Assembly (NCBI GenBank): GCA_017394865.1
Contig: JAFPWT010000015.1
Coordinates: 61,779-125,778, forward strand
Direction: 5' to 3'
DNA: 64,000 nt
Source: Bacteroidales bacterium
GTDB lineage: Bacteria > Bacteroidota > Bacteroidia > Bacteroidales > F082
Positions within the stretch are counted from its first letter, which is position 1; every line of letters starts with the position of its first letter. Below are positions 38,169-47,136 of the stretch, piece after piece. Under the pieces are notes generated by a model. That model was not told the origin of the DNA. It worked only from the letters and a program-made list of their open reading frames with translations, and did not search any database. The position numbers and the translations under genes were made by a program.

Positions 38169-39364
38169 ACCAAATTAAAGGTATCTTTGGCAATGACGAA
38201 TTCCTCGTCGGTCGGATAGACCACCACAGTGACCTTTGAATCGGGAGTGGAGATCACGCCGGCTTCGCCGATGGTCTCCTTATTAATACGATGGTCGAGT
38301 TTGATGCCCAGGAATTCCATATCCTCGAGGATGGCCTCACGCATGAACCAAGCGTTTTCGCCGATGCCGCCGGTCATCACCAACACGTCGCAGCCGTTCA
38401 TCACAGCCATGTAGGAGCCAATGTATTTCTTCACGCGGTGGGCGAACATATTGAAAGCATAGGTGCTGCGTTCGTCGCCTTCTTCTTTTGCGGCGCGCAC
38501 GTCACGCATATCCTGCTTGCCGCCCGTGATGCCCACGAGGCCCGATTTCTTATTGACCAAGGTGTTCATTTCCTTGATGGAATAACCTTCTTTTTCCATG
38601 ACATACATGAAGGCACCCAGATCGAGGTCGCCGGTGCGGCTGCCCATCACGAGGCCTTCAACGGGGGTGAAGCCCATGGAGGTCTCAACCGACTTGCCGT
38701 ATTCGACGGCGGCGATGGAGGCGCCGCTGCCCAGATGGCAGGTCACGATCTTGCACTTGTTCCAGTCCTTATCGACAAATTCTGCAGCTTTCTCGGCCAC
38801 GAACTTATGGCTGGTGCCGTGGAAGCCATAGCGGCGCACACGGTATTTCTCGTAATATTCATAAGGAAGGGCATAGAGGTAAGCCTCGGGCGGCATGGTG
38901 CTATGGAACGAGGTGTCGAACACAGCGGCCATAGGGATGCCTGGGAGCACTTCCTGCATGGCGGCGATGCCTTGCAGGGCACCGGGGTTATGCAACGGAG
39001 CCAAGTCGCAGAGGTCTTTGATCATGCTGATGACGTTGTCATCGATACGGACACTTTGTGTGAACTTCTCACCACCGTGGGCCACGCGGTGACCGACGGC
39101 GTTGATTTCCTTCAGGTCTTTGATGACGCCCATCTTAGGATCGACCAATGCCTTCAGCACCAATTTGATACCTTCGGTATGGTTCGGGATGGGAAGCTGT
39201 TCATAGTACTTCTCACCGTTGTATTTGTGGGTGAATTCGCCCATCTCGAGGCCGATGCGCTCAAGGAGACCCTTGGCTAGAACATGGGCCGAATTGGTGT
39301 TTTCCATATCCAGCAGCTGATATTTAATGGAGGAGCTGCCGCAGTTTAAGACTAATATTTTCAT
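38159..39364 (-). CDS. ackA: acetate kinase
   Basis: MKILVLNCGSSSIKYQL N-terminus and HNPGAL and GFHGTSH motifs. Confidence 0.93.
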   Translation of the reverse strand: MKILVLNCGSSSIKYQLLDMENTNSAHVLAKGLLERIGLEMGEFTHKYNGEKYYEQLPIPNHTEGIKLVLKALVDPKMGVIKDLKEINAVGHRVAHGGEKFTQSVRIDDNVISMIKDLCDLAPLHNPGALQGIAAMQEVLPGIPMAAVFDTSFHSTMPPEAYLYALPYEYYEKYRVRRYGFHGTSHKFVAEKAAEFVDKDWNKCKIVTCHLGSGASIAAVEYGKSVETSMGFTPVEGLVMGSRTGDLDLGAFMYVMEKEGYSIKEMNTLVNKKSGLVGITGGKQDMRDVRAAKEEGDERSTYAFNMFAHRVKKYIGSYMAVMNGCDVLVMTGGIGENAWFMREAILEDMEFLGIKLDHRINKETIGEAGVISTPDSKVTVVVYPTDEEFVIAKDTFNLVQK

Positions 39365-40368
39365 TTTTGTGCAATAGCTTGGTTACAGGTAATAGCGACT
39401 AATTTATAGACATCATCGATGGAGCATCCGCGGCTGAGGTCGTTGCAGGGCTTGGCGAGGCCTTGCAGCACGGGGCCGACGGCTTCGGCGCCAGCCAAAC
39501 GCTGGACGAGCTTATAGGCGATGTTACCCACTTCGAGGCAGGGGAACACCAGGGTATTGGCCTTGCCGGCGACAGGGCTGCCTGGAGCCTTGCTGGAGCC
39601 CACCGAAGGCACGATGGCGGCGTCGGCTTGGAGTTCACCGTCGAGGACGAGGTCGGGACGGCGTTCCTTGGCGATGCGGGTGGCTTCGATGACCTTGTCG
39701 ACCACTTCATGTTTGGCGCTGCCCTTGGTGGAGAAGCTCAGGATGGCGGTGACGGGGTCGATCTTGGCGATGGCCTTGGCGGTGTCGGCGGTGCAGATGG
39801 CGATTTCAGCCAGCTGTTCGGCCGTCGGCATGGGCGTCACGGCGCAGTCGGCGAAGACCATGCGGCCGTCGGTGCCGTAGGGGCAGCCTTCGGGGAGGAA
39901 CATCGTGAAGGCACCGCTCACGCAGCTCACGCCAGGCACAGTCTTGATGATCTGCAAGGCGGGACGGAGCATGTCGCCCGTGGTGGAGCGGGCACCGCTC
40001 ACGAGGCCGTCGGCCTCACCGGCCTTGACCAGCAGGATGCCGAGGTACATGAAGTTGCCTGCCAGGTCATAGGCCTGCTCGGGCGTCATGCCTTTGGCTT
40101 TACGGATCTCATAAAGCAGGTCGGCATATTTCTGTCGGTCGGGATTATCTTTCGGATCGATGATACGGGCCTTGTCGATGTTCTGAAGACCGAATTCGGC
40201 GGTCATCTCCTTGATTTTCGCGGCGGGGCCGATAAGGATAATGTCGGCTACGCCGTCGGCGAGCAGCCGGTCGGCAGCTTTCAGCGTACGAGGTTCGTCA
40301 CCTTCGGGAAGCACAATGCGTTGCCTGTTGGCTTGGGCATTGGCGATGATTTCATGCATTAAATCCAT
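39361..40368 (-). CDS. pta: phosphate acetyltransferase
   Basis: 335-aa short-form Pta; 4-nt overlap with ackA; conserved C-terminal LSRGCS region. Confidence 0.88.
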   Translation of the reverse strand: MDLMHEIIANAQANRQRIVLPEGDEPRTLKAADRLLADGVADIILIGPAAKIKEMTAEFGLQNIDKARIIDPKDNPDRQKYADLLYEIRKAKGMTPEQAYDLAGNFMYLGILLVKAGEADGLVSGARSTTGDMLRPALQIIKTVPGVSCVSGAFTMFLPEGCPYGTDGRMVFADCAVTPMPTAEQLAEIAICTADTAKAIAKIDPVTAILSFSTKGSAKHEVVDKVIEATRIAKERRPDLVLDGELQADAAIVPSVGSSKAPGSPVAGKANTLVFPCLEVGNIAYKLVQRLAGAEAVGPVLQGLAKPCNDLSRGCSIDDVYKLVAITCNQAIAQK

Positions 40369-40431
40369 AATAATAGTTGATTAGTTGTTCAGATGTTCAA
40401 TTTAGTAAAGCGCAAAATTATGAAAATTTCT

Positions 40432-40439
40432 TATTTTTG
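40432..40439 (+). promoter_or_regulatory. -7 promoter box (TATTTTTG)
   Basis: TAnnTTTG match 22 nt upstream of the ATG at 40461. Confidence 0.45.
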
Positions 40440-40460
40440 CAAAGTTATTTTTTGAGGAAA

Positions 40461-41192
40461 ATGGAGGAGGTTTCAACTTTCATCACACCGGGTTTCAACG
40501 AGGTCATCTACCCCATGGAACGGGTCACTCACGAGGTGTTGGCCAGCTGGAATTTGATCATACTGGCAGCGGTATTGTTGCTGGTGGTGATCAACAAGCA
40601 ACTGTATCCCCGTCAGTTCAAGCAGCTCCTCAGCGTGCCCGGAGGCGTGGCACACACCAACCAGTTGCTCCGCGAGTGGACACCCACCAGAAGCTTCATT
40701 GGATATGCTTTTCTCATTTCCTATGTCGTGGTGATGGCCCTGTTCCTCCAGAAGGCCTCCGTCATCTTTTCGAGCGACGTGGAGGCCTACAACGGCTTTG
40801 GTTTCTACAGCATCCTCTGCGGCTACATGGTCGCCTGGATTGTTTTGCGTTACCTGACGCTGGCGCTCATAGGATGGTTGTTCCAGCAAAGAGAAGTCGT
40901 CATGAGGCAGATCACAGCGGACCTGTCGGTATCGACCTATGGGTTCATGCTCCTTATGATTATCTTGCTGTTGGTTCTCTATATCCCCAACTCTATTTTT
41001 GTGTGGATTGGCATTGGCATTCTTTTTGCAATGGCGTTGATAAGGCTGGTAATCAGCTTTATTGACACGAGAGTTTTTTCAAAAATGCCTTCGTTTTATA
41101 TTTTTTTGTATTTTTGCACCCTCGAAATTGCACCCATCGTCCTGCTCTTCACAGCAGGGATGCGCTTTTTCGCCAATAGTTCTGTTCTTTAA
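40461..41192 (+). CDS. DUF4271-like integral membrane protein
   Basis: About 6 TM segments. It sits immediately upstream of hemD, as in other Bacteroidetes. I trimmed the start from 40377. Confidence 0.6.
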   Translation: MEEVSTFITPGFNEVIYPMERVTHEVLASWNLIILAAVLLLVVINKQLYPRQFKQLLSVPGGVAHTNQLLREWTPTRSFIGYAFLISYVVVMALFLQKASVIFSSDVEAYNGFGFYSILCGYMVAWIVLRYLTLALIGWLFQQREVVMRQITADLSVSTYGFMLLMIILLLVLYIPNSIFVWIGIGILFAMALIRLVISFIDTRVFSKMPSFYIFLYFCTLEIAPIVLLFTAGMRFFANSSVL

Positions 41193-41203
41193 CCAGTTAG
41201 CAA

Positions 41204-41968
41204 ATGAAAATCAAATCCATATTGGTGTCACAGCCGCAGCCGACTGACATCACCAAAACTCCCTACGGCGACCTTTCGAAAAAATACGGGGTCAACTTCA
41301 CCTTTGAGAAGTTCATCAAACTGGAAGGGGTCACCGCCAGCGAGCTGCGTCAGGAGCATGTGAAGCTTCCGGAGTACACCGCCGTCATCCTCTCGAGCCG
41401 CAATGCGGTCGACCATTATTTCAGAGTGGCCAAGGAGATGCGCTACAACGTCCCCGAGACGATGAAATACTTCTGCATCAACGAGTCGACTGCCTTGTAT
41501 CTACAACGTTACGTGCAGTATCGCAAGCGAAAGGTTTTCTATGGCAACCAGAGGTTTGAAGATCTTTTGGAGCTCATCAAGAAGCACAAAGACGAGAAAT
41601 ACCTGTACTGCTGCTCCGACATCAGTTCAGACAGCATTCCGGAACAGCTCACCGAGGCCAAGATCGACTTCACCAAGGCCGTGATGTTCCGCACCGTGTC
41701 GGCCGACCTGACCAAGACCTTGAAGATCGACGACTACGACATGCTTGTCTTCTTCAGCCCTGCGGGTATCGAGTCGCTGAAGACCAACTTCCCGAAGTTC
41801 AAGCAGAAAGAAGTCGCCATCGGTGGTTTCGGCGATGCCACCTGCCAAGCCATCACCGACGCAGGGTTCCGTCTCGACTTTCATGCACCTACTGAGACCG
41901 CGCCTTCGATGACCATGGCCATTGAGGAGTTTGTGGCCGCGGAAATCAAGAAGAGCAAGAAGAAATAA
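41204..41968 (+). CDS. hemD: uroporphyrinogen-III synthase-like protein
   Basis: 254-aa two-lobe HemD-like sequence (ILVSQP...VILSSRNAV...VFFSPAG). The assignment rests partly on conserved context. Confidence 0.65.
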   Translation: MKIKSILVSQPQPTDITKTPYGDLSKKYGVNFTFEKFIKLEGVTASELRQEHVKLPEYTAVILSSRNAVDHYFRVAKEMRYNVPETMKYFCINESTALYLQRYVQYRKRKVFYGNQRFEDLLELIKKHKDEKYLYCCSDISSDSIPEQLTEAKIDFTKAVMFRTVSADLTKTLKIDDYDMLVFFSPAGIESLKTNFPKFKQKEVAIGGFGDATCQAITDAGFRLDFHAPTETAPSMTMAIEEFVAAEIKKSKKK

Positions 41969-42370
41969 ATGGAGGACTTCCCAAAATACGAACGAATCTG
42001 TAGAGAGAGCGAAATCCAGTCCCTATTCGGAAAAGGGGCTGGTTTTTCGTGTTATCCCTATCGTGTCGTGTTTCTGGTGAGGCCTGTGGGCGACAAGCCC
42101 GTCACCTGCCGACTCCTCCTTTCCGTCTCCAAGAAGCGTTTCCACCACGCCTTCAAGCGCAACCGCGTGAAGCGGCTCATCCGCGAGTCGTGGCGGAAAA
42201 ACAAGTCGAGACTATATGAAATATGCGCGCGCGATACTATTTCGATGGATGTTGCGTTAGTATATAACGCCACCGTCATCCACTCCTATGCGGAGATGCT
42301 CGACCGTACCGCCCAAGCCGTCAACGAACTCGTCAACCGCTATGAAAAAACGCTTCAGACCCCTCACTAA
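41969..42370 (+). CDS. rnpA: ribonuclease P protein component
   Basis: Basic RNR-type motif [22 protein letters not shown], followed by yidD. Confidence 0.85.
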   Translation: MEDFPKYERICRESEIQSLFGKGAGFSCYPYRVVFLVRPVGDKPVTCRLLLSVSKKRFHHAFKRNRVKRLIRESWRKNKSRLYEICARDTISMDVALVYNATVIHSYAEMLDRTAQAVNELVNRYEKTLQTPH

Positions 42371-42572
42371 GCTGCTCCAACTGCTGATCAGGCTCTACCA
42401 GATCACGCTTTCGCCCTGGCTCGGCGGCGCCTGTCGTTACACACCGACCTGCTCGAACTACGGCCTCGAGGCACTGGAGAAATACGGCGCCTTCAAAGGC
42501 GGCTGGCTGACCATCAAGCGGGTGCTGTCGTGCAATCCCTGGGGAGGGAGCGGATATGATCCGGTACCGTGA
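42342..42572 (+). CDS. yidD: membrane protein insertion efficiency factor YidD
   Basis: [22 protein letters not shown] motif. The ATG at 42342 overlaps the rnpA 3' end. Confidence 0.88.
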   Translation: MKKRFRPLTKLLQLLIRLYQITLSPWLGGACRYTPTCSNYGLEALEKYGAFKGGWLTIKRVLSCNPWGGSGYDPVP

Positions 42573-42601
42573 AAGTTGAAAATTGAAAGTGGAAAGTTAT
42601 T
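42569..42601 (+). repeat. degenerate heptamer tandem array (GTGAAA GTTGAAA ATTGAAA GTGGAAA GTTATTA)
   Basis: Read directly. It spans exactly from the yidD stop to the next ATG (42602). TGA codons fall in all three frames. Confidence 0.75.
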
Positions 42602-44239
42602 ATGATGAAGAAAATAAGTATTTTAATTATCGGGTTGCTGATGTCCGGAATAGTATTCGGACAAAACAAGCAAAACAATTTTGAGATCTCGAAAAGCCTT
42701 GAGATTTATAACGACTTGCTTAGGGAGTTGAATCTGAACTACGTGGACGAGATCGACCCGGCGGAGCTCAACGAGGCTGCCATCGACGCCATGCTGGATG
42801 GGTTGGATCCCTACACCGTCTTCATCCCTGAGTCGGAGATTGAGACCTACAAACTCATGACCACAGGCGAATACGGTGGCATCGGTGCCCTCATTCAATA
42901 CGACGGCGAATACACCCGCATCTCCGATCCTTACGAGGGCTGGCCTGCACAGAAGGCCGGTCTGCGCGCCGGCGACGCCATCATCTCCGTCAACGGCGTC
43001 GACACCCACAAGAAGCCCACCGACCAAGTCAGCGAGCTCCTCAAGGGACAGCCTGGTACAGAGGTGACTCTCAAGATCAAACGTTACGGTGTGGAGAAGC
43101 CTATCGAGTTCACCTTGAAACGCGAGAAAGTGAAGATCGACAATATCCCTTACGCCACAGTGTTCGACAACGGCATCGGCTACGTAGCCTTCAACAGCTT
43201 CACCAGAGGCGCCGCCAACGAGCTGAAACAGCAGCTGCTCGACATGAAAAAAGACCATGAGCTCAAGGGGTTCATCATCGATCTCCGCGGCAACGGCGGC
43301 GGACTGCTCAACGAAGCTGTCGACATCGTCAATTTCTTCATCCCCAAAGGGCTACCCGTGGTCTCCACCAAAGGCAAGGCACAACATGCCGCCAGCATGT
43401 ATGCCACCTCCAACCCTCCTATCGACGAAAAGCTGCCGCTGGTCATCCTCGTCGATGGTGGCAGTGCCTCCGCCAGTGAGATCCTCGCTGGGTCGATCCA
43501 AGACTACGACCGCGGCGTGGTCATCGGCCAAAGGACCTTCGGCAAAGGCCTCGTGCAAAACATCCTTCCCCTGAGCTACAACACCCAAGTGAAAGTCACC
43601 ATCGCCAAATACTACATCCCCAGCGGAAGATGCATTCAGGAGATCGATTACTCCCATAAGAAGGACTCCACTTATAGCAAAAACGACACCTTAGGCAAGC
43701 CCTTCAAGACCGCAGCGGGACGCACTGTCTACGAAGGCCACGGCATCATGCCCGACATAAAGATCGAGCCGCTGAAATACGCCACCGTGACAGCCTACCT
43801 CTACGCCAAGAACTATATCTTCGACTACGCCACCAAATTTGTCAACGAGCACCCGAGCATCGCCCCTGTCAAAGAATTCAAAATCGACGATGCCATCTAT
43901 GCCGACTTCACGAAATTTGTGAAAGAAAAGGACTTCTCCTATACCACTGAGAGTGAGAAAAAATTAAAGGAGTTCAAGAAGGAAGCCAAACAAGAAGGCT
44001 ATCTCGAGAGCATCAGCAGCAATGTTGAAGCCCTAGAGCGTCAACTGCAAGCCGACAAGGAAAACGACCTGATAAAAAACCGTGCCGAGATCGAAGAGCT
44101 GCTGCGCTTGGAAATCGTTGGACGCTACTACTACCAGAAGGGACGTATCATCGCCTCGTTGCAGACCGACCCCGATCTGAAGGAGGCTTTCAATATCCTG
44201 CTGGACAAAAAAAGATATGAATCCATACTGAAGCCTTGA
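42602..44239 (+). CDS. S41 family C-terminal processing peptidase
   Basis: PDZ region plus DLRGNGGG, SASASEI and TFGKG motifs. Confidence 0.85.
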   Translation: MMKKISILIIGLLMSGIVFGQNKQNNFEISKSLEIYNDLLRELNLNYVDEIDPAELNEAAIDAMLDGLDPYTVFIPESEIETYKLMTTGEYGGIGALIQYDGEYTRISDPYEGWPAQKAGLRAGDAIISVNGVDTHKKPTDQVSELLKGQPGTEVTLKIKRYGVEKPIEFTLKREKVKIDNIPYATVFDNGIGYVAFNSFTRGAANELKQQLLDMKKDHELKGFIIDLRGNGGGLLNEAVDIVNFFIPKGLPVVSTKGKAQHAASMYATSNPPIDEKLPLVILVDGGSASASEILAGSIQDYDRGVVIGQRTFGKGLVQNILPLSYNTQVKVTIAKYYIPSGRCIQEIDYSHKKDSTYSKNDTLGKPFKTAAGRTVYEGHGIMPDIKIEPLKYATVTAYLYAKNYIFDYATKFVNEHPSIAPVKEFKIDDAIYADFTKFVKEKDFSYTTESEKKLKEFKKEAKQEGYLESISSNVEALERQLQADKENDLIKNRAEIEELLRLEIVGRYYYQKGRIIASLQTDPDLKEAFNILLDKKRYESILKP

Positions 44240-45858
44240 CCTGGAGAGAACGCACACGGGACTATGAGCCAGCGGCCTATCTCGTCAGCCTGGCTATCAT
44301 GGCGGCAAGCCTCACCCTCTCGCCGTTCATGATGGGAGCATCTCAATTTCTCCTCGTTGGCGTGTGGCTCTTCATGGGCGATCCTATCAAAATAAAGCTT
44401 CAACGTTTCATCCACAACAGGATCGCTCTGCTGCTGGTTTCGCTCTACCTGCTTCATCTCATTGGCCTCATCTACACCACCGACTTCGCCTATGCGTTTA
44501 AGGACTTGAGGGTAAAATTACCCCTGCTGATCCTGCCAGTAGTGCTCTCGTCGGTCAATCCGCTGCCTAAAAAGCACTTCGACCTGCTGATGCTTATTTA
44601 CGTAGCCTCGGTGTTTGTCGCCACCTGTATCAGTTTCGTCACCTATGTAAGGCACGACTACAGTGACATCCGCGAGATCTCACGTTTCATCAGTCACATC
44701 CGTTTCTGCCTGAACATCGTGCTGTCGATGAGCATTGTCGTTTATTACATTTACGAGAAACGCATCACAAAAGGGAAACACGTTCCGGCCTTCAGCACAA
44801 AAACCGCTTTGAATCATTATCTCATGTGGTTTCTACTTTTTTGGTTTATCTATCAAATCTACATTTTCGAATCCCTTTCGGGTTACGTTGCCTTTGCTGG
44901 AATGGTAGGTGCCACGCTGCTTTACGTCTATTTCACCAAGGTGAGAAGAACGGTGTGGAAAGTAGTCGGTCTTGTCGTTGTCATTGCGATTCCCATCGCT
45001 GCGGGCATCATCCTCTACCGCACCGTCAACCGGTTGCTGGCCGTGGAGCATGTCGACATGGCGACACTCGACAGGAAAACAGCGCTGGGCAATGACTACT
45101 GGCACGATACCGTGTGCTTCCCTGTGGAAGACGGCCATTATATCGGTTTATATTTCTGCCGTCCCGAGATGCACGATGCCTGGAACCAACGCAGCCAGCT
45201 CAACTATGACAGCCTGACCCACAACGGCGAAAATCTGGAGGCCACCTTGGCCCGTTACCTCACTTCAAAAGGCTTACGGAAAGATGCCGAGGGTGTCAAC
45301 GCCTTGAACGAGCAGGACATTAGCAACATCGAGAATGGCATTGCCAACTACAACAACTTCATCCATCCTGGATTTCATGCCCGCCTCTCGGAAACAGCCT
45401 TTGAATACAACCAATATCGGCGTTACAACAACCCTAATGGAGGTTCCCTGTCGCAACGCATCGAATACACAAGAGCCTCGTTCCACCTGATCAAGCAGCG
45501 CCTCATCTTCGGTGTAGGCACGGGCGACATCCCTAAAGCTTACAGCCAGGCTTACGAAGAATTAAAATCGCCTCTGGAAGATCAATACCGCCATCGCGCA
45601 CACAACCAATACCTCTCCATCACCGTGGGTTTCGGTCTCGTGGGGCTGGTTCTATTCTTGGTGACGCTACTGCTCCCCTATTGTTCCGCAAAGCGTCGTC
45701 GCACCTATTTGTATACCATTTTCTTGGTCATCGCGCTGCTCTCGATGTTGCCTGAGGACACCATTGAGACGCAAGCTGGCGCCACATGGTTTGCATTATT
45801 CAATTCTTTGCTTATCTTTGCAACTGAAAAAGGGAATGAAAGTCCCGAAAAACAATAA
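44236..45858 (+). CDS. O-antigen ligase / Wzy-like polytopic membrane protein
   Basis: 540 aa with more than 10 TM segments and a large loop followed by GVGTGD. The start is uncertain: TTG 44236 overlaps the upstream stop, and the next ATG (44299) would cut TM1. Confidence 0.6.
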   Translation: MTWRERTRDYEPAAYLVSLAIMAASLTLSPFMMGASQFLLVGVWLFMGDPIKIKLQRFIHNRIALLLVSLYLLHLIGLIYTTDFAYAFKDLRVKLPLLILPVVLSSVNPLPKKHFDLLMLIYVASVFVATCISFVTYVRHDYSDIREISRFISHIRFCLNIVLSMSIVVYYIYEKRITKGKHVPAFSTKTALNHYLMWFLLFWFIYQIYIFESLSGYVAFAGMVGATLLYVYFTKVRRTVWKVVGLVVVIAIPIAAGIILYRTVNRLLAVEHVDMATLDRKTALGNDYWHDTVCFPVEDGHYIGLYFCRPEMHDAWNQRSQLNYDSLTHNGENLEATLARYLTSKGLRKDAEGVNALNEQDISNIENGIANYNNFIHPGFHARLSETAFEYNQYRRYNNPNGGSLSQRIEYTRASFHLIKQRLIFGVGTGDIPKAYSQAYEELKSPLEDQYRHRAHNQYLSITVGFGLVGLVLFLVTLLLPYCSAKRRRTYLYTIFLVIALLSMLPEDTIETQAGATWFALFNSLLIFATEKGNESPEKQ

Positions 45859-45859
45859 C

Positions 45860-46351
45860 ATGAAGAAACAGCAATTCATCTCCGACTACACTGTATACGA
45901 CAACGAGAAAGAGTTTGCCGCCGCCGAAGCCCTCGATGCCGAGCTCCTGTTTCAGGCTCATGAAGCCGTCAGCCGCTCTTATGCTCCATATTCGAAATTC
46001 CATGTGGGTGCCGCTGTCAGGCTCGCCAACGGGGTCATAGTGAAAGGGTGCAATATTGAGAACGCCGCCTATCCTAGTGGACTATGTGCCGAGCGTACGG
46101 CCCTGTTCGCTGCACAGGCCCAATATCCTGACGTGCCCGTGGAGGCGCTGGCCATCACCGCCCAGTCGGAAATCACCGAAGTGACCGAGCCCGTAGCCCC
46201 CTGCGGCGCCTGCCGCCAAGTGATGGTGGAGGCCGAACAGCGCTCGGGAAGACCCATGCGGATCATATGCCAAGGCAACACCGGCAAAGTGTTTGTGTTC
46301 GACGGCGTAGAGACGCTGATGCCTTTCATTTTCCTCACTAAGTTCTTATGA
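45860..46351 (+). CDS. cdd: cytidine deaminase
   Basis: CAERTALF and PCGACRQ zinc motifs. I trimmed the start from 45764. Confidence 0.85.
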   Translation: MKKQQFISDYTVYDNEKEFAAAEALDAELLFQAHEAVSRSYAPYSKFHVGAAVRLANGVIVKGCNIENAAYPSGLCAERTALFAAQAQYPDVPVEALAITAQSEITEVTEPVAPCGACRQVMVEAEQRSGRPMRIICQGNTGKVFVFDGVETLMPFIFLTKFL

Positions 46352-46740
46352 TTGAACTCAACAAAGACTTCCTTTTGAAATTTCTGAAATTCGGAGCTGT
46401 CGGGCTCTCCGGGGTGTTCGTCAACTTCGGAGTGACTTGGTTTTTCAAGGAAGTCTGCAAGTTCAACAAATACCTCAGCAACATCCTGGGGTTTATCTTT
46501 GCCGCCACCACCAACTATCTGCTTAACCGCTGGTGGACCTTCGAGAGCCACAACCCTCAGATCGGCACGGAATATGCCAAATATTTCCTAATCTCAGTGG
46601 TTGGACTGGGCATTGACACGTTGACGGTATACCTGCTCCACAACAAACTGAAATGGAATTTCTACCTCAGCAAGGTGTTTGCCGTGGGTGCCGCGATGGT
46701 ATGGAATTTCCTCGGAAATTATTTGTTTACGTTCGCATAA
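46348..46740 (+). CDS. GtrA family membrane protein
   Basis: 130 aa with 4 TM segments and FLKFGAVGLSGVFVNFG. 4-nt overlap with cdd. Confidence 0.75.
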   Translation: MIELNKDFLLKFLKFGAVGLSGVFVNFGVTWFFKEVCKFNKYLSNILGFIFAATTNYLLNRWWTFESHNPQIGTEYAKYFLISVVGLGIDTLTVYLLHNKLKWNFYLSKVFAVGAAMVWNFLGNYLFTFA

Positions 46741-46748
46741 AAAAAGGG

Positions 46749-47075
46749 TTAACCCCGATCGTAATGCGGCATCTCCTCTGGTAGAATGATGGAGAGCTCC
46801 ACCAAACCCGCCGGAACGGCCTTGTTGTCATCGTCGTACCACGGCGTCTGATAGATCAATTTCTTCTTCCCTTTCTTGGAGATGGTGTAGACGTTTGAAA
46901 CATTATCGGCGATCATATGACAGATCATCTCCCACGATTTCGGGTTATGGCATTGTTCCAGGTTACGCCCACGGGCGTCACCATTCACGTCAATGGAGCT
47001 GTCGTTCTGATAAATCACGTTGCCGTCACGGTCGCTGACCGTCACAGCGATATTAATTCCCTTTAAAAAGTCCAT
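46749..47075 (-). CDS. small PAS-like domain protein
   Basis: 108 aa. VSDRDGNVIYQND resembles a PAS core. The assignment is weak. Confidence 0.45.
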   Translation of the reverse strand: MDFLKGINIAVTVSDRDGNVIYQNDSSIDVNGDARGRNLEQCHNPKSWEMICHMIADNVSNVYTISKKGKKKLIYQTPWYDDDNKAVPAGLVELSIILPEEMPHYDRG

Positions 47076-47097
47076 AGTCTTTCTATTTTGCGTTTGG

Positions 47098-47105
47098 CAA
47101 AGATA
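47098..47105 (-). promoter_or_regulatory. -7 promoter box (TATCTTTG on the minus strand)
   Basis: CAAAGATA on the plus strand, 23 nt upstream of the 47075 start. It is back-to-back with 47113-47120. Confidence 0.45.
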
Positions 47106-47112
47106 AATTTTT

Positions 47113-47120
47113 TATCTTTG
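47113..47120 (+). promoter_or_regulatory. -7 promoter box (TATCTTTG)
   Basis: TAnnTTTG match 17 nt upstream of the ATG at 47137. Confidence 0.5.
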
Positions 47121-47136
47121 CAATAATTCTCCATCC

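Noticed and set aside
41109-41116. A TATTTTTG box upstream of hemD.
   Set aside because: It lies inside the DUF4271 coding sequence, 88 nt from the hemD ATG. An internal promoter is possible, but this cannot be told apart from a chance match in AT-rich coding sequence.
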